A stretch of 20,845 nt of DNA from an uncultured virus (IMG/VR IMGVR_UViG_3300030060_005500) (IMGVR_UViG_3300030060_005500); one strand, 5' to 3'. Counted from the first letter of the stretch, positions 4,823-15,001 are shown. Notes: a model not told the origin generated them from the letters alone. Program-made: numbers and translations.

Positions 4823-6828
4823 GTATTCAACAAGTATTAGCTGTTATTAATCAGAAAAATAAAGCTAGTTTCCCTAATCAGGAGGCTCAACGGGTCTTTG
4901 CTAAGTTACAAAAGAACCACAATGTTCGTATGGATCAGGTTAGCCAAGCTAACTCCTTAGCTGATCAATATGTACAGAGTTTAGTTTCTAAAGGTAAAAT
5001 GATAGCTCCACCTGTAGATGAAGCAGCTAATATTGCTTCTTCTCAGGTCGCTGGGAAGGTCGTTGTTGATCAGGCTGAGTTAACGGCAACTGGGCAAGAA
5101 TTTGTGAAAGGGAAACAAAACCTTCAGAACGCTGGGATTTCTTCTGGGGGCTCATCTACAAATAATTTGAGTAATACCAATATAGCAACTAATGAGACTA
5201 GGGCTCAAGGATTTTTACAAAATGAAAGAGATGAAATTGCATCTCAATTAGCAGAACAGGGTTTATCCGTAACTCCTACAAGAATAGAATTAGAGTTAGC
5301 TAGAAGAACAGGTCCGCAATCTTCTGAGTATGGACGTCCTGAGCTTACGGCTGTTAAACATAACATGGATTTAGGATCAACCTATGATACTAAATTCTTT
5401 AATCAAACTCCTTCTTCAGTAACTATTGGAGGGGAGACAGTTCCTGTAAATCCTATATCTAAACCCGTTGTTAAAAAAACTCCTTATACTCAAACAGAAT
5501 ATGTTGATGATCAGCTCATAACCAGTCTAAAAGTTCCTTATGTTTCAAAGGCCACAGCTATTAATTTACAAGATAGAGTTAATAATCAATTGCAATACAG
5601 GGGAAGTATAAAAGTTCAAGCACAGAATGAATTTTTAGCGGAGTTGAAACCACTACAGGCAATGCAAGCGGAGTTAGTACAAAAAGCTGATATAAATAAA
5701 AAGAAAGTAGAACTTTTAAATAAAAGGACAGACATTAATCCTGCACAAAAACAAAGAATTTCTGGTCAGTTAGCTCAAGAATATCAAACATTAAAAAATC
5801 AATATGCCTATACAAATCAGGAGGTATCGAGAATAACTAACAGAAGAGATAGTAGATTTGCCGGTGTTACCGCAAGCACACAAAATATAATTGATGAGCA
5901 GAGATTACCTTTAACGACAGCTGCAGGCGTATCTAAGGGAACCCGCTTCCATGCAGAACTGGTAGATGATCCTAAAGGAAAAAGAGTAAATCCATCAGGA
6001 GGAGATGATTTACTTACAGATATGGCAGATGATCTTGTTGATGATGCGGATTCGTTAGATCTAAGAGGTGCAACACCTGATCCTGCTGCGTACAAGATGG
6101 GAACTGTGGAACTACGCTCAGAAAGACGTATGATAGACACGGATAAGAAAACAGGAGGAGGAAGAAATACCGCTTATTACACAGGTGGTGGGTCCGTGGA
6201 TGAAAGAGTCGGGTCAATACCAACAGGAGGTTTAATTCAAGAATCACCTCAAAGAGTAAGACGGACACAGGGTAGATATAGAGATTATGATCCTGGTACT
6301 GATGAACTTAATCAGGGAGGAGGAGCACCACAGGGATCTTACCAGAGTGATAGTGAATTAACCGGAAATGTATTAGATGTTTATGGAGTAAGAGCGAGAA
6401 ATATGGAACTAAAAGATTTAGGGAAGACGGATACCAAAGGAAGAGCTATAAAGGAAGAGACCGGAACGGATTTATTAAAGGATGATCGTAGCGAAAGACC
6501 TACAAGAGTTCCTAAGTATGCACGAGCTAGTAAGACACCTTATGTTGTGCCAGCCACTCCAGAAGGTAAACAAAGTTTTGCGATAAGCAGTAAAGAAAGA
6601 GAGATTAGAACAGATCAATCTAAACCTCTTCAGCAAAGAGCTGTAGACGCACAAACTTTTGTTAGAGAACAGATTAAACAGATTACAGGAGCATCTGCAG
6701 TAGGTCCGTTTACACCTTTAGCTCAGAAACCTTTAGGAACTTATAAGGCACCTACAAAAGATTCAGAGTACTTAAGACCTGCCGGAAGTCCGTTTAGATC
6801 TCCGTTCAGTATTAAACAAAGAGGCTAA
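4819..6828 (+). CDS. Large hypothetical protein (669 aa), coiled-coil/disordered, putative internal virion protein
   Basis: Long ORF with ATGA overlap; Q/S/T/D-rich with a central helical region; no catalytic motif recognised. Confidence 0.75.
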   Translation: MSIQQVLAVINQKNKASFPNQEAQRVFAKLQKNHNVRMDQVSQANSLADQYVQSLVSKGKMIAPPVDEAANIASSQVAGKVVVDQAELTATGQEFVKGKQNLQNAGISSGGSSTNNLSNTNIATNETRAQGFLQNERDEIASQLAEQGLSVTPTRIELELARRTGPQSSEYGRPELTAVKHNMDLGSTYDTKFFNQTPSSVTIGGETVPVNPISKPVVKKTPYTQTEYVDDQLITSLKVPYVSKATAINLQDRVNNQLQYRGSIKVQAQNEFLAELKPLQAMQAELVQKADINKKKVELLNKRTDINPAQKQRISGQLAQEYQTLKNQYAYTNQEVSRITNRRDSRFAGVTASTQNIIDEQRLPLTTAAGVSKGTRFHAELVDDPKGKRVNPSGGDDLLTDMADDLVDDADSLDLRGATPDPAAYKMGTVELRSERRMIDTDKKTGGGRNTAYYTGGGSVDERVGSIPTGGLIQESPQRVRRTQGRYRDYDPGTDELNQGGGAPQGSYQSDSELTGNVLDVYGVRARNMELKDLGKTDTKGRAIKEETGTDLLKDDRSERPTRVPKYARASKTPYVVPATPEGKQSFAISSKEREIRTDQSKPLQQRAVDAQTFVREQIKQITGASAVGPFTPLAQKPLGTYKAPTKDSEYLRPAGSPFRSPFSIKQRG

Positions 6829-6830
6829 AT

Positions 6831-7043
6831 ATGGCTGAAAAGAAAAAGAAAAAGTTCATACAAAATGCTATAAAGCGACCTGGTGCTTTCACAGCCAAAG
6901 CTAAGAAGAAAGGTATTACCAGTGCCCAGCTACAAGAGAATGTTTTAGCTAATCCAGAAAAATATGATGAACGTACTGTGAAACAAGCACGTCTCCGTAA
7001 AACATTGGTAGGATTAAATAAGAAAAAGAAATCTAAAAAATAA
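6831..7043 (+). CDS. Small lysine-rich phage protein (IQ.AIK.PGA...ARL..TL family)
   Basis: FIQNAIKRPGAF...KQARLRKTL pattern recalled from small basic phage proteins; GAGG SD. Confidence 0.8.
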   Translation: MAEKKKKKFIQNAIKRPGAFTAKAKKKGITSAQLQENVLANPEKYDERTVKQARLRKTLVGLNKKKKSKK

Positions 7044-7711
7044 TGGTAAGAGACGCTCGTTTAGATCTTGGTAGATATATAACCAACCCTTTCAATCGAA
7101 GAGGGGATATAACCAAGCGTTTGGATTTTGATGATTTATTTACCACTAAGTCTGCAACAGGAGAATATCCTTTTAACCCTTCTAGATTTGAAAGTAAAGA
7201 TTTAACTAAACATGCAATGTCACGCAAGTTGACTCAGAATCCAGGTTTGAACTTTACACCTAACACACCGTTTTTTGATGACAACGACGAGGTTACTTCT
7301 GACTACCAGCTCTTCGAAGGATTAGGCAGATTTAATCGAGCTATGGATTATGATTTTGATGAAGGCAGACCACTTACATATCAACGTCCACAGGATCAAC
7401 CTGACTACAATCCAAACTGGATGAAGGCGTATGGAATAAGTCCAACCGTAGATCCTGGTAAAGCATCTAAAAATCCAATGCCTAGATTACGTAATCCTGA
7501 TCCTAAGGGTTACATTATGGGACAAGCTAAAGGAAGAGCAGAGAATGAAGCTGAAGGTAATAAATCTGTAGCTCAGTTGTTAGCAGAACAGAAATCTTTA
7601 CCGGAACCTAAAAAAGAAAAGATAGAAAAGAAAGAAGAGGCACAAGGAGAGAAGACTGAAGAAATAGAAAAGAAAGAAACGCCGAACCAAGAATCACCCC
7701 AAGTAAAATAA
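7043..7711 (+). CDS. Hypothetical protein (222 aa)
   Basis: TAATG overlap with the upstream gene; E/K-rich tail. Confidence 0.8.
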   Translation: MVRDARLDLGRYITNPFNRRGDITKRLDFDDLFTTKSATGEYPFNPSRFESKDLTKHAMSRKLTQNPGLNFTPNTPFFDDNDEVTSDYQLFEGLGRFNRAMDYDFDEGRPLTYQRPQDQPDYNPNWMKAYGISPTVDPGKASKNPMPRLRNPDPKGYIMGQAKGRAENEAEGNKSVAQLLAEQKSLPEPKKEKIEKKEEAQGEKTEEIEKKETPNQESPQVK

Positions 7712-7729
7712 ATACATCAAGGTAATAAC

Positions 7730-8422
7730 ATGGTAGCTGGTTTACTAAAAGGATCTCAGATAGCTGGAAAGTTTAAAGACTTTATGCCTTTATTAAAATC
7801 ATCTGCTACAGGTGGTTTGTTTTCTGGTGGCCTTACTGCTTTGTTCACTGGTAATCCTATCGCTGGTTTAGCGGTTGGTGCAGCAGATACATTAGGAAGT
7901 GCAGTGTTAGCTACAGGTATAGGAGCTTTAGGCACACGTAAAGTGTTAGGAAAAAATATTAATTTTGCGGGAGGAAAGAAATATACCTTTAGTGAGTCTG
8001 ATGATTTAGATCCTCTTAAAAAACAATTAGCTAATTTAGGACAGGTAGGAACTGCTACACGAACAGGAAAGGCTGGTCAGTTAAATCCAGAGGTAATGAA
8101 AAATCTTGCTGCTTATGCGAAGTCAAAAGAATATTATTCTCCTTCAGGACCACAATTAGCTGGTATGTATGCTGGATCAATAGCTGCTCCGTTTGCAATA
8201 GAACCTTTATTTTATCCAAAAGATCAGGGTGATATTGTTCAACAACAGTTATTCCAAAGATATGGCACTAGCCAATTAATGACTAATCCTCAAGCTGCTA
8301 TAAATAATTTGACATACCTTTCTAGAGATATAAAAGGAGATGAGGTTAGAGATGGACAGAATATGAATTTATCCCCTGGCACTTTATACCAAATGGCGGG
8401 TAATCCGATGAGAGGTATGTGA
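7730..8422 (+). CDS. Gly-rich hydrophobic protein, putative ejection protein (230 aa)
   Basis: TGGLFSGGLTALFTGNPIAGLAVGAADTLGSAVLATGIGALG glycine-zipper-like segment. Confidence 0.7.
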   Translation: MVAGLLKGSQIAGKFKDFMPLLKSSATGGLFSGGLTALFTGNPIAGLAVGAADTLGSAVLATGIGALGTRKVLGKNINFAGGKKYTFSESDDLDPLKKQLANLGQVGTATRTGKAGQLNPEVMKNLAAYAKSKEYYSPSGPQLAGMYAGSIAAPFAIEPLFYPKDQGDIVQQQLFQRYGTSQLMTNPQAAINNLTYLSRDIKGDEVRDGQNMNLSPGTLYQMAGNPMRGM

Positions 8423-9417
8423 TGAATCCTCTTCAGTTTTTACGTAATTTTAGATCCGATTTTATAAAAGGTGTTGATGCACAGGATTTAATAAATATAT
8501 CTAAAGATAAATATCGCTACACAGTATTCGATCCTGAAGTAGCTAAAGCTGCTCAGAAAGGATATGAAGGCACGTCCGCAGCGGATTTTGTTTCTAAAGC
8601 TTCCGGACAATCTTATGCAGTAGGTGATCCAGTAAAAGTTGGAAAAGCAAAGAATGTAGCTGAATATTTAGGACGCTATTCTGCACAGTTAGCAACTGAT
8701 GTATTATCAGATGGAACTAGACAGTTTTATTGGAGATATAATCATCCTCTTGCTATTGGACAAAAAGTTATAGAAACTAATGTTCCAGGATTAAGAAGTT
8801 TAAAAAGTCCATTAGATAAAGCAATTTTAGGAGGAGCTATCGGAGCACCTGTTGCTGCTTCACTAGGAATTTTTGATGTTACTAATCCTGACGAGCTATT
8901 TAGACCTAAAGGTTACGCACAGTCTTACGCAGAAAAAGGATCACAGGATAGAAGAAAAACTGCAGAACCAGGTATGGAGTTGTTTGAAAGATTCTTTTTA
9001 GGAAGAAGAGGTAGACCTTTAAAATATGAAACAGCCAAACAAGATATACCTAGTCTTACTCCACAAAGGTATGCCAAAGCACTGCGTAGTCAGTATCAGG
9101 ATCGTGGTGTATTAGGCATGGGTTTACTTAAAGGAACCACTGAAAACATAGAAGGATATCCTGAAATACGTGTTGTTGGTTTCCCAGTTGGGCTACAAGC
9201 TGTGGGTGCCTTAGCAGGAGGTATAGCGGGCAGTAAAACTGCAGGTAAGTTAGGTTTAGTAAATCCTCTTGCAAGTAGAAAGAGTATTGTTAAAGCAGCA
9301 GGTGTTACTTTAGCAGGATCACTTGGTGGTGCAGCCACAGGTAAAACTTTGAATATGGCAATAGCCGGTGCTAATAGACCTAAGTATTTAACTACCTCAG
9401 ATTATATGCAAGGCTGA
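8419..9417 (+). CDS. Glycine-zipper protein, putative ejection protein (332 aa)
   Basis: GxxxG segments ILGGAIGAPVAASLG, AVGALAGGIAG and LAGSLGGAATG. Confidence 0.7.
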   Translation: MMNPLQFLRNFRSDFIKGVDAQDLINISKDKYRYTVFDPEVAKAAQKGYEGTSAADFVSKASGQSYAVGDPVKVGKAKNVAEYLGRYSAQLATDVLSDGTRQFYWRYNHPLAIGQKVIETNVPGLRSLKSPLDKAILGGAIGAPVAASLGIFDVTNPDELFRPKGYAQSYAEKGSQDRRKTAEPGMELFERFFLGRRGRPLKYETAKQDIPSLTPQRYAKALRSQYQDRGVLGMGLLKGTTENIEGYPEIRVVGFPVGLQAVGALAGGIAGSKTAGKLGLVNPLASRKSIVKAAGVTLAGSLGGAATGKTLNMAIAGANRPKYLTTSDYMQG

Positions 9418-9466
9418 TGATAGTACTGATAAAATTAAAAGATAAGAACAGAGAGAAGATCTAGTA

Positions 9467-10129
9467 ATGGCTAAAGAGAAAGCATCGGTACCTTTTGACT
9501 TTGCAGGATTGATGGCAACCATGGGGGATCGTACCCAACAAGGTTTATATGGAATGTTCCCCCAGACGGCCGCTCGATACTCAGGTGCACCGGCGATAGC
9601 TTCTCGTTCTTTAAACGTTTCACCTTTTGCCGTTTCTCCCACACAATTAGCTAAGGGAGCACAAGGTGTCGCACTGATGGGCACAAGAAGATTACCTCTA
9701 GTAGCTGGAGGTTTACAATTCTTAGGTGGAGATCCAATAGGAGGAGTAGGAACAGCAGCTGGAGGTTTTGGTGGAGCTTTAGCAGGAGCTAAGGCAGGAG
9801 CATTTCTTGGACCAAAGGGAGCAATAATAGGAGGTCTCATAGGTGGTACTTTAGGTAGTAATATTGGACAGGGTCTCACTAGGTCTGTAACAGGTATTGA
9901 TGTAAACAACCCATTAACAGGACCAGATATAAGTCTTGCAGGTATTCCATTAACTCCATATGCTAAGACTAAGAAAGGTGTTAAAAGAGCAGCTGAATTA
10001 GAAGCAATGAGATATAAAGAACTCTTACCTATAATGGAGAAAGCTAGACAACAACAGTTCCAAAGAGATTTAATTGGAAGTCAAGTTCAGATGGCTGGAC
10101 AACTTCTCGGTAATATTTATCCTAGGTAG
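9467..10129 (+). CDS. Glycine-zipper protein, putative ejection protein (220 aa)
   Basis: GGVGTAAGGFGGALAGAKAGAFLGPKGAIIGGLIGGTLG. Confidence 0.7.
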   Translation: MAKEKASVPFDFAGLMATMGDRTQQGLYGMFPQTAARYSGAPAIASRSLNVSPFAVSPTQLAKGAQGVALMGTRRLPLVAGGLQFLGGDPIGGVGTAAGGFGGALAGAKAGAFLGPKGAIIGGLIGGTLGSNIGQGLTRSVTGIDVNNPLTGPDISLAGIPLTPYAKTKKGVKRAAELEAMRYKELLPIMEKARQQQFQRDLIGSQVQMAGQLLGNIYPR

Positions 10130-10134
10130 TCAAA

Positions 10135-10779
10135 ATGGTTTTTCCGAATTATTCATCAGCTCCATTCGTACCAGGCTCTGAGATGGGTAACATGATGGCT
10201 TTTATGCAGCCTGAGATGCTTATTGCTAATAATGCTAATAGAAAAAAATTGATTGAACAAAGATCAAAGCAAAGAAATTCAACTGAACCTGTAAATAAAG
10301 CTGTAGATAAAACTAAGGATCAATATTCTCCAAGTCTTTTTGATCGGGTTATAGGAGGTTTTAAAATGGGAGCCCAAGGTTATGGGAATGTGTTTCAAGG
10401 TAGACCCGTATACACCGGTGTAGATGAAATAAGAGAGGATATGGAAAAAGGTATTGTAAGAGATAGTGAGGGAGAGATACTTTATGAGGGCGGGGAAAAA
10501 GTAGTACCAAAAGATGATGAGGATAAGTATTTAAAACAAAATCAACAGCTATTAGAAGATATAGCAAGGTTAGGTGAACAAGCTAGGGGTCGAGATTTTG
10601 TAAGAGAGGGAATAAGAACTTTTGCAAATGCCCCTCTGATCGGTGCACAAGCTCAGTTGGCAGCTGCTGAAGGAATTAATAGATTAACTATAGGAAACAT
10701 GGGAGCTATGGCTGCTCAAAACAGAGTGCTAGAAGCAAATCCACCAAAACAAAAGATAGCTGGTAGATATTTCAGGTAG
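10135..10779 (+). CDS. Hypothetical protein (214 aa), putative internal virion protein
   Basis: ORF track; tight spacing; A/Q-rich helical C-terminus. Confidence 0.7.
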   Translation: MVFPNYSSAPFVPGSEMGNMMAFMQPEMLIANNANRKKLIEQRSKQRNSTEPVNKAVDKTKDQYSPSLFDRVIGGFKMGAQGYGNVFQGRPVYTGVDEIREDMEKGIVRDSEGEILYEGGEKVVPKDDEDKYLKQNQQLLEDIARLGEQARGRDFVREGIRTFANAPLIGAQAQLAAAEGINRLTIGNMGAMAAQNRVLEANPPKQKIAGRYFR

Positions 10780-10816
10780 TAGAATGGAATCATGTTTGAA
10801 AGGAGGATAACATAAT

Positions 10817-11254
10817 ATGGCTATTCCTTATTTAGGCATGGCCGCGATTGGCGGAGGCTTTGGTTTACTTGGTAATATTTTTGGTGCTCGTTCTGCAGCA
10901 TCTGCAGCACAGGCTCAGATGGACGCTTCTGCTCATCAGCTAAAGACTAATGTAATGATGAACAGAGAAGCTAGGAAAGGAAACCTAGCTAAATTCATCG
11001 GACAGAATGTAGCAGATTATGGATATGGAGCAGATTTAGATTTTGAAAGACAGAAAAAAGCCTCTGTTTTTGATAAGACAAGAGGTAGAGATTTAGACAG
11101 AGGGGCAAATATAGCAGATTTCAGAGCACAATTAGGATTAAAAGAAGATCCTTTATATCGAGAACAGCGACAGAGGGAGAAAAGATTTGAACTTGATAAA
11201 ATTACAAAAGAAAGACAGGCCGCTATGGAAGGCATGTTCGGTAGGATAGCTTAG
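10817..11254 (+). CDS. Putative DNA pilot/ejection protein (145 aa)
   Basis: N-terminal MAAIGGGFGLLGNIFGARSAASAAQAQ then a charged helix, the architecture of P22 gp7, T7 gp14 and microvirus H-like proteins; AGGAGG SD. Confidence 0.65.
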   Translation: MAIPYLGMAAIGGGFGLLGNIFGARSAASAAQAQMDASAHQLKTNVMMNREARKGNLAKFIGQNVADYGYGADLDFERQKKASVFDKTRGRDLDRGANIADFRAQLGLKEDPLYREQRQREKRFELDKITKERQAAMEGMFGRIA

Positions 11255-11262
11255 GAGGAATC

Positions 11263-12225
11263 ATGGGAAGTAAAACAGTATACAATGCTCCGAAAATAGA
11301 AAAAGACGATAGTTTTGAAAAGTATTTAGAGTATCAAAAAGATCGTGAAGCTAAATTAGATGAACGTGCTGCAGCAGAAAAAGCGGATGCGGATGCTCGT
11401 GACTTAAGGAGAAGACAGACTGGAGCAAAAGGTCTAGGAGATTTATATACACGTACTAAGGGTCAGTTAGAATCTGGTTTAATTGGTTTTCAAGGAGCAC
11501 AGGATAAGTTACAGAGTTATATAGATAAATACGATTTATCCTCTGGATTTAAAGACACAGAGTTCGATCCTGGTTATGCAGATTCTGCTAAAGGAGCATC
11601 ACAGTATATAAGTAACCTACAGAATATTTATCAGGGAGAAGGTGGACTATTAGATAAAAAGCGTAAGTCCGGTATAAACCTTGCTTATCAGGATCTACTA
11701 GGCCGACAAGCGACAGAGGATGAAGTGTCTGGGGCTATGTCTAATTTACAACTGCAAGCCTACGGAGGAGCTGGCATACAGGGATTGAGAGATTCTCTTA
11801 AATCCTCACAGGAATATACTAAGAAATTTAATGATAATTACTTAGATAATTACTATGACACCATGTATGGTAAACAGACTGTAGATGAGGAAGGAAATAG
11901 AACTAAGAAGCGTAAGTTTACTTTCGATGCATCCTTACTTCCTGGATATAGAGGAGATTTAGCAGACAGAACTAAGGTAGATATTACCACTGGTGAGGAT
12001 TTTGCTAATTACTTTAAAGAGGGCAGATCTATTAAGGAATTAGAGGCTGGAGAACAGAATATTAAAGACACCAGAAAATTCTTATTTAGTGCTGGTTTGA
12101 CTGACCTTCAAGGTGATATTGATAAAGAGACCCAAAAGATTAAAAACCAAGGTGCTAAAGATATTGCGAAGATACAACAAGAAGGTTCAATTTACGGCCA
12201 GTTGTTAGGTGGATTTAATTTTTAA
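11263..12225 (+). CDS. Hypothetical helical virion-associated protein (320 aa)
   Basis: AGGAGG SD; coiled-coil N-terminus; AYQDLLGRQAT helical-hairpin motif. Confidence 0.75.
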   Translation: MGSKTVYNAPKIEKDDSFEKYLEYQKDREAKLDERAAAEKADADARDLRRRQTGAKGLGDLYTRTKGQLESGLIGFQGAQDKLQSYIDKYDLSSGFKDTEFDPGYADSAKGASQYISNLQNIYQGEGGLLDKKRKSGINLAYQDLLGRQATEDEVSGAMSNLQLQAYGGAGIQGLRDSLKSSQEYTKKFNDNYLDNYYDTMYGKQTVDEEGNRTKKRKFTFDASLLPGYRGDLADRTKVDITTGEDFANYFKEGRSIKELEAGEQNIKDTRKFLFSAGLTDLQGDIDKETQKIKNQGAKDIAKIQQEGSIYGQLLGGFNF

Positions 12226-12272
12226 AAGAATACCTGTTGTTATAATAAATTGAGACACAAATTCTTAATACC

Positions 12273-12431
12273 ATGGAAGAGAATACAGACAATTATTTTG
12301 ACATTACAAGATTTCAAGATTTACTTGAAAAGTTAGAATCTTCTAAAAAGAGACAGCAAAGACAGAAGTCTGTAGAAGGTCGTAGAGATATCTTCGCAGG
12401 TGGTCTTGCTAACATGATGAGCAACTTCTAA
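12273..12431 (+). CDS. Small protein (52 aa, MEENTDNYFDITRFQDLLEKLESSKKRQQRQKSVEGRRDIFAGGLANMMSNF), not in the ORF track
   Basis: Translated by hand; fills the gap and follows TG-T-TATAAT at 12238-12246. Confidence 0.8.
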   Translation: MEENTDNYFDITRFQDLLEKLESSKKRQQRQKSVEGRRDIFAGGLANMMSNF

Positions 12432-12459
12432 TTTGATATTATTAGCATAGGTTACTAAA

Positions 12460-12699
12460 ATGGCTGTCGACAAAACTTACGAATCAGATGATTACTTTGA
12501 TCTGGATAAGTACAGACAAGCAGCTGGCGTAGCCTACGAATTTTCCAAAAAGAAAGTGGAGGACGCTGGTGAACAAGAACGGAAAACGATCGGCAAAGGT
12601 GGTGAAGAGACCAGAGAAACCGCTGCCCAGCAACAACAGTTCCGAGAAAGAGACGAAGAAAGAGACCGTAAACAGGCACAATCAGCGTATAGATATTGA
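12460..12699 (+). CDS. Small charged helical protein (79 aa)
   Basis: ORF track; DDYFDL motif shared with the preceding ORF. Confidence 0.75.
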   Translation: MAVDKTYESDDYFDLDKYRQAAGVAYEFSKKKVEDAGEQERKTIGKGGEETRETAAQQQQFRERDEERDRKQAQSAYRY

Positions 12700-13186
12700 T
12701 CTATTTGATAATTGGGTAGATAACTTAGACTCCGCTACACAGGAGTCTTTTTGCTCTTTTGTGTCCGATAATAATTCGATAATAGAATCTTATCTTTATT
12801 CAAGATTTCTTGGATATGAGGGAACTGTCGCTCCATGTGAATTATGGATAAAAAGCAATTATAAGAAACCAGATCATCGCAAAAAGTTGTTATATGAAAT
12901 TGACGAAATGCAAGAGGATATAAGAAAGCTTAGAGAGGAGATTGAGAATGGCACTGTTAAAAGAGATGCGGGAGTAGGAAGAATTGCACAGATGCAAAAG
13001 GAATTAAGAAGCACCATATCGGAAATAGAAAACTTTACTAACATGAGAGATCGTAAAGGTTTGCTTATGGCTGGAGCAGATCGTGCAATAAGAGAATTAA
13101 TGTTTATCTTCAAAGATGATCCTATAGAAACACCCTTGGAAGAAGCAACAATGAGTGTCTGGGCAAGAATGCAGCTAGAGGAGTAG
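12569..13186 (+). CDS. Putative terminase small subunit (205 aa, GTG start)
   Basis: GGAGG 6 nt upstream of GTG 12569; helical domain plus coiled coil; shortly upstream of TerL. Function inferred from position only. Confidence 0.45.
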   Translation: MNKNGKRSAKVVKRPEKPLPSNNSSEKETKKETVNRHNQRIDIDLFDNWVDNLDSATQESFCSFVSDNNSIIESYLYSRFLGYEGTVAPCELWIKSNYKKPDHRKKLLYEIDEMQEDIRKLREEIENGTVKRDAGVGRIAQMQKELRSTISEIENFTNMRDRKGLLMAGADRAIRELMFIFKDDPIETPLEEATMSVWARMQLEE

Positions 13187-13230
13187 TGCAGTTAAAATAA
13201 GAAGAAATGAATAAATAAAATTGCTTCAGA

Positions 13231-13422
13231 ATGGCTAAGAAAAAAATGCCACCTCAGCTTCTTGAGTACTTTAAAAATAAGAACGAGAAAAAAGAAGACG
13301 GCTCTAAAATGAGTGACAAAGAGAAACGTACAGAAGCTTTGGAGAAAGCTAGAAAAGCTAAGAAAGCCGCTAAGACTTATAAGGATAAGAAGGGAGCAGA
13401 GAAGCCAAAAGATAAGAAGTAA
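13231..13422 (+). CDS. Small lysine-rich protein (63 aa)
   Basis: MAKKKMPPQLLEYFK...; TAAAAT at 13193-13198 upstream. Confidence 0.75.
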   Translation: MAKKKMPPQLLEYFKNKNEKKEDGSKMSDKEKRTEALEKARKAKKAAKTYKDKKGAEKPKDKK

Positions 13423-13455
13423 GTTAATATTTAGTAGTAGCTCATTTATTAATTA

Positions 13456-14982
13456 GTGCCTTCTTATACACATCTTGCTTATAGGCGTAACGCTAAAGCG
13501 GCGGCTCGTAAGCAGCAGATTAAGAAACCTAAAAATTTAGAATCCATACAGAAAGCTAGAGAAGATTTTGGATATTTCTGTGAATTTGTAGCCGATAAAG
13601 CACCAGCAGAACATCATAAGACGTGGCATAGACATTTCATAACTAACGAAAATAGTAGCTGTTTATTAAAGATTGCAGGCCCCAATATTGATCTGTTAGC
13701 TCCCAGAGGGTCAGCTAAATCGACTGTATTAGGACTTCTTACCGCTTGGGCTATTGGTATTCATACACAGGCTAAACAGCCCTTACAAGTCTTATATCTG
13801 TCTTACACCGTTGATATTGCCAGATCTAAGTCAGCAACAATCAAAAGAATCATCGAAAGTAAAAGATATCAGGAAGTTTTTCCAAAAGTAAGATTAATGA
13901 AAAACGTGACCAGTAATGAATACTGGTCGATAGATCATAGGTTTGCAGGAATAGATACTACCGGAGAAGAACAGTTTACATTATGTGCAGCTGGTCTGAA
14001 GGGTTCTGTTACATCTAAACGTTCTCATCTGGTTATGATTGATGACGCTATAAAATCATCAGCTGATATTGCTAATCCAGATATTAGGAATCAGATGAAA
14101 GAGAACTGGAATGCTGTCATAGCTCCCACTATGTTTGAAGGAGCTAGAGCTATTTGTTTAGGTACTAGGTTTAGGCATGATGATATCCATTCCACTACTT
14201 TTAATGAACAGAACAATTGGACGCAGATTGTTTTATCTGCGATATTAAATGATTCTAAAACAGGAGAGGAAGAATCTTACTGGCCTGAGATGTGGTCTCT
14301 TGAATATCTAAAAGAAAAGAAGAGACAGGCACCGATAGCTTTTTCTTTCCAATACATGAATCAGATAGTTAGACAGAATGAATTATCACTAGCTCCAGAG
14401 TTAATTGTTAAAGCGGAGATATCTACTGAGTTTGATACGTTAGGTATAGGAGTCGATTTATCAGCTGGAGTAAAAGAAAGAAATGATTACACTGTCATGG
14501 TGTTAGGCGGACGAATAGAAGATCGTATTCACATAATTGATTATCGGCGTATTAGGGTTATGGGTAACTTAGAAAAATTAGATGCCCTAAAAGAGCTTCT
14601 ATACGACTGGTCGATAATAGGTAAAGATGCTAATGAAAATTATTTTCCCACCTACTCTACATGTGATATCTGGTCAGAGGCTGTGCAATATCAAGCATCT
14701 TTGGAAGCTGACTTTAAACGAGTATGTCAAAACAATGAAGGTTTATATAATTTAATCTGGCATCCCGTGAAAGGATTCAGAGCAGATAAATTAGCACGTT
14801 TTAGAGGAATAATGGGTATGTTCGAAGATAGAAAGATAGTGTTTAATAGGTTTAGAAACTTTACCAGTATGTTTGAAGAACTTACCAACTTTGGTGTAAG
14901 TGGACATGATGATTGCGTTGATGCTTTAGTTTGGCTTGTAAACGGATTAGCTCGTAAAGGACAACTTCATTTAGACTTTTAA
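13456..14982 (+). CDS. terL: Terminase large subunit
   Basis: Walker A LLAPRGSAKST, Walker B LVMIDD, motif III LGTR, RNase H-like GIGVDLS and HDDCVDAL; GTG start. Confidence 0.95.
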   Translation: MPSYTHLAYRRNAKAAARKQQIKKPKNLESIQKAREDFGYFCEFVADKAPAEHHKTWHRHFITNENSSCLLKIAGPNIDLLAPRGSAKSTVLGLLTAWAIGIHTQAKQPLQVLYLSYTVDIARSKSATIKRIIESKRYQEVFPKVRLMKNVTSNEYWSIDHRFAGIDTTGEEQFTLCAAGLKGSVTSKRSHLVMIDDAIKSSADIANPDIRNQMKENWNAVIAPTMFEGARAICLGTRFRHDDIHSTTFNEQNNWTQIVLSAILNDSKTGEEESYWPEMWSLEYLKEKKRQAPIAFSFQYMNQIVRQNELSLAPELIVKAEISTEFDTLGIGVDLSAGVKERNDYTVMVLGGRIEDRIHIIDYRRIRVMGNLEKLDALKELLYDWSIIGKDANENYFPTYSTCDIWSEAVQYQASLEADFKRVCQNNEGLYNLIWHPVKGFRADKLARFRGIMGMFEDRKIVFNRFRNFTSMFEELTNFGVSGHDDCVDALVWLVNGLARKGQLHLDF

Positions 14983-15001
14983 TAGGAGGTATAATAAAAC
15001 T

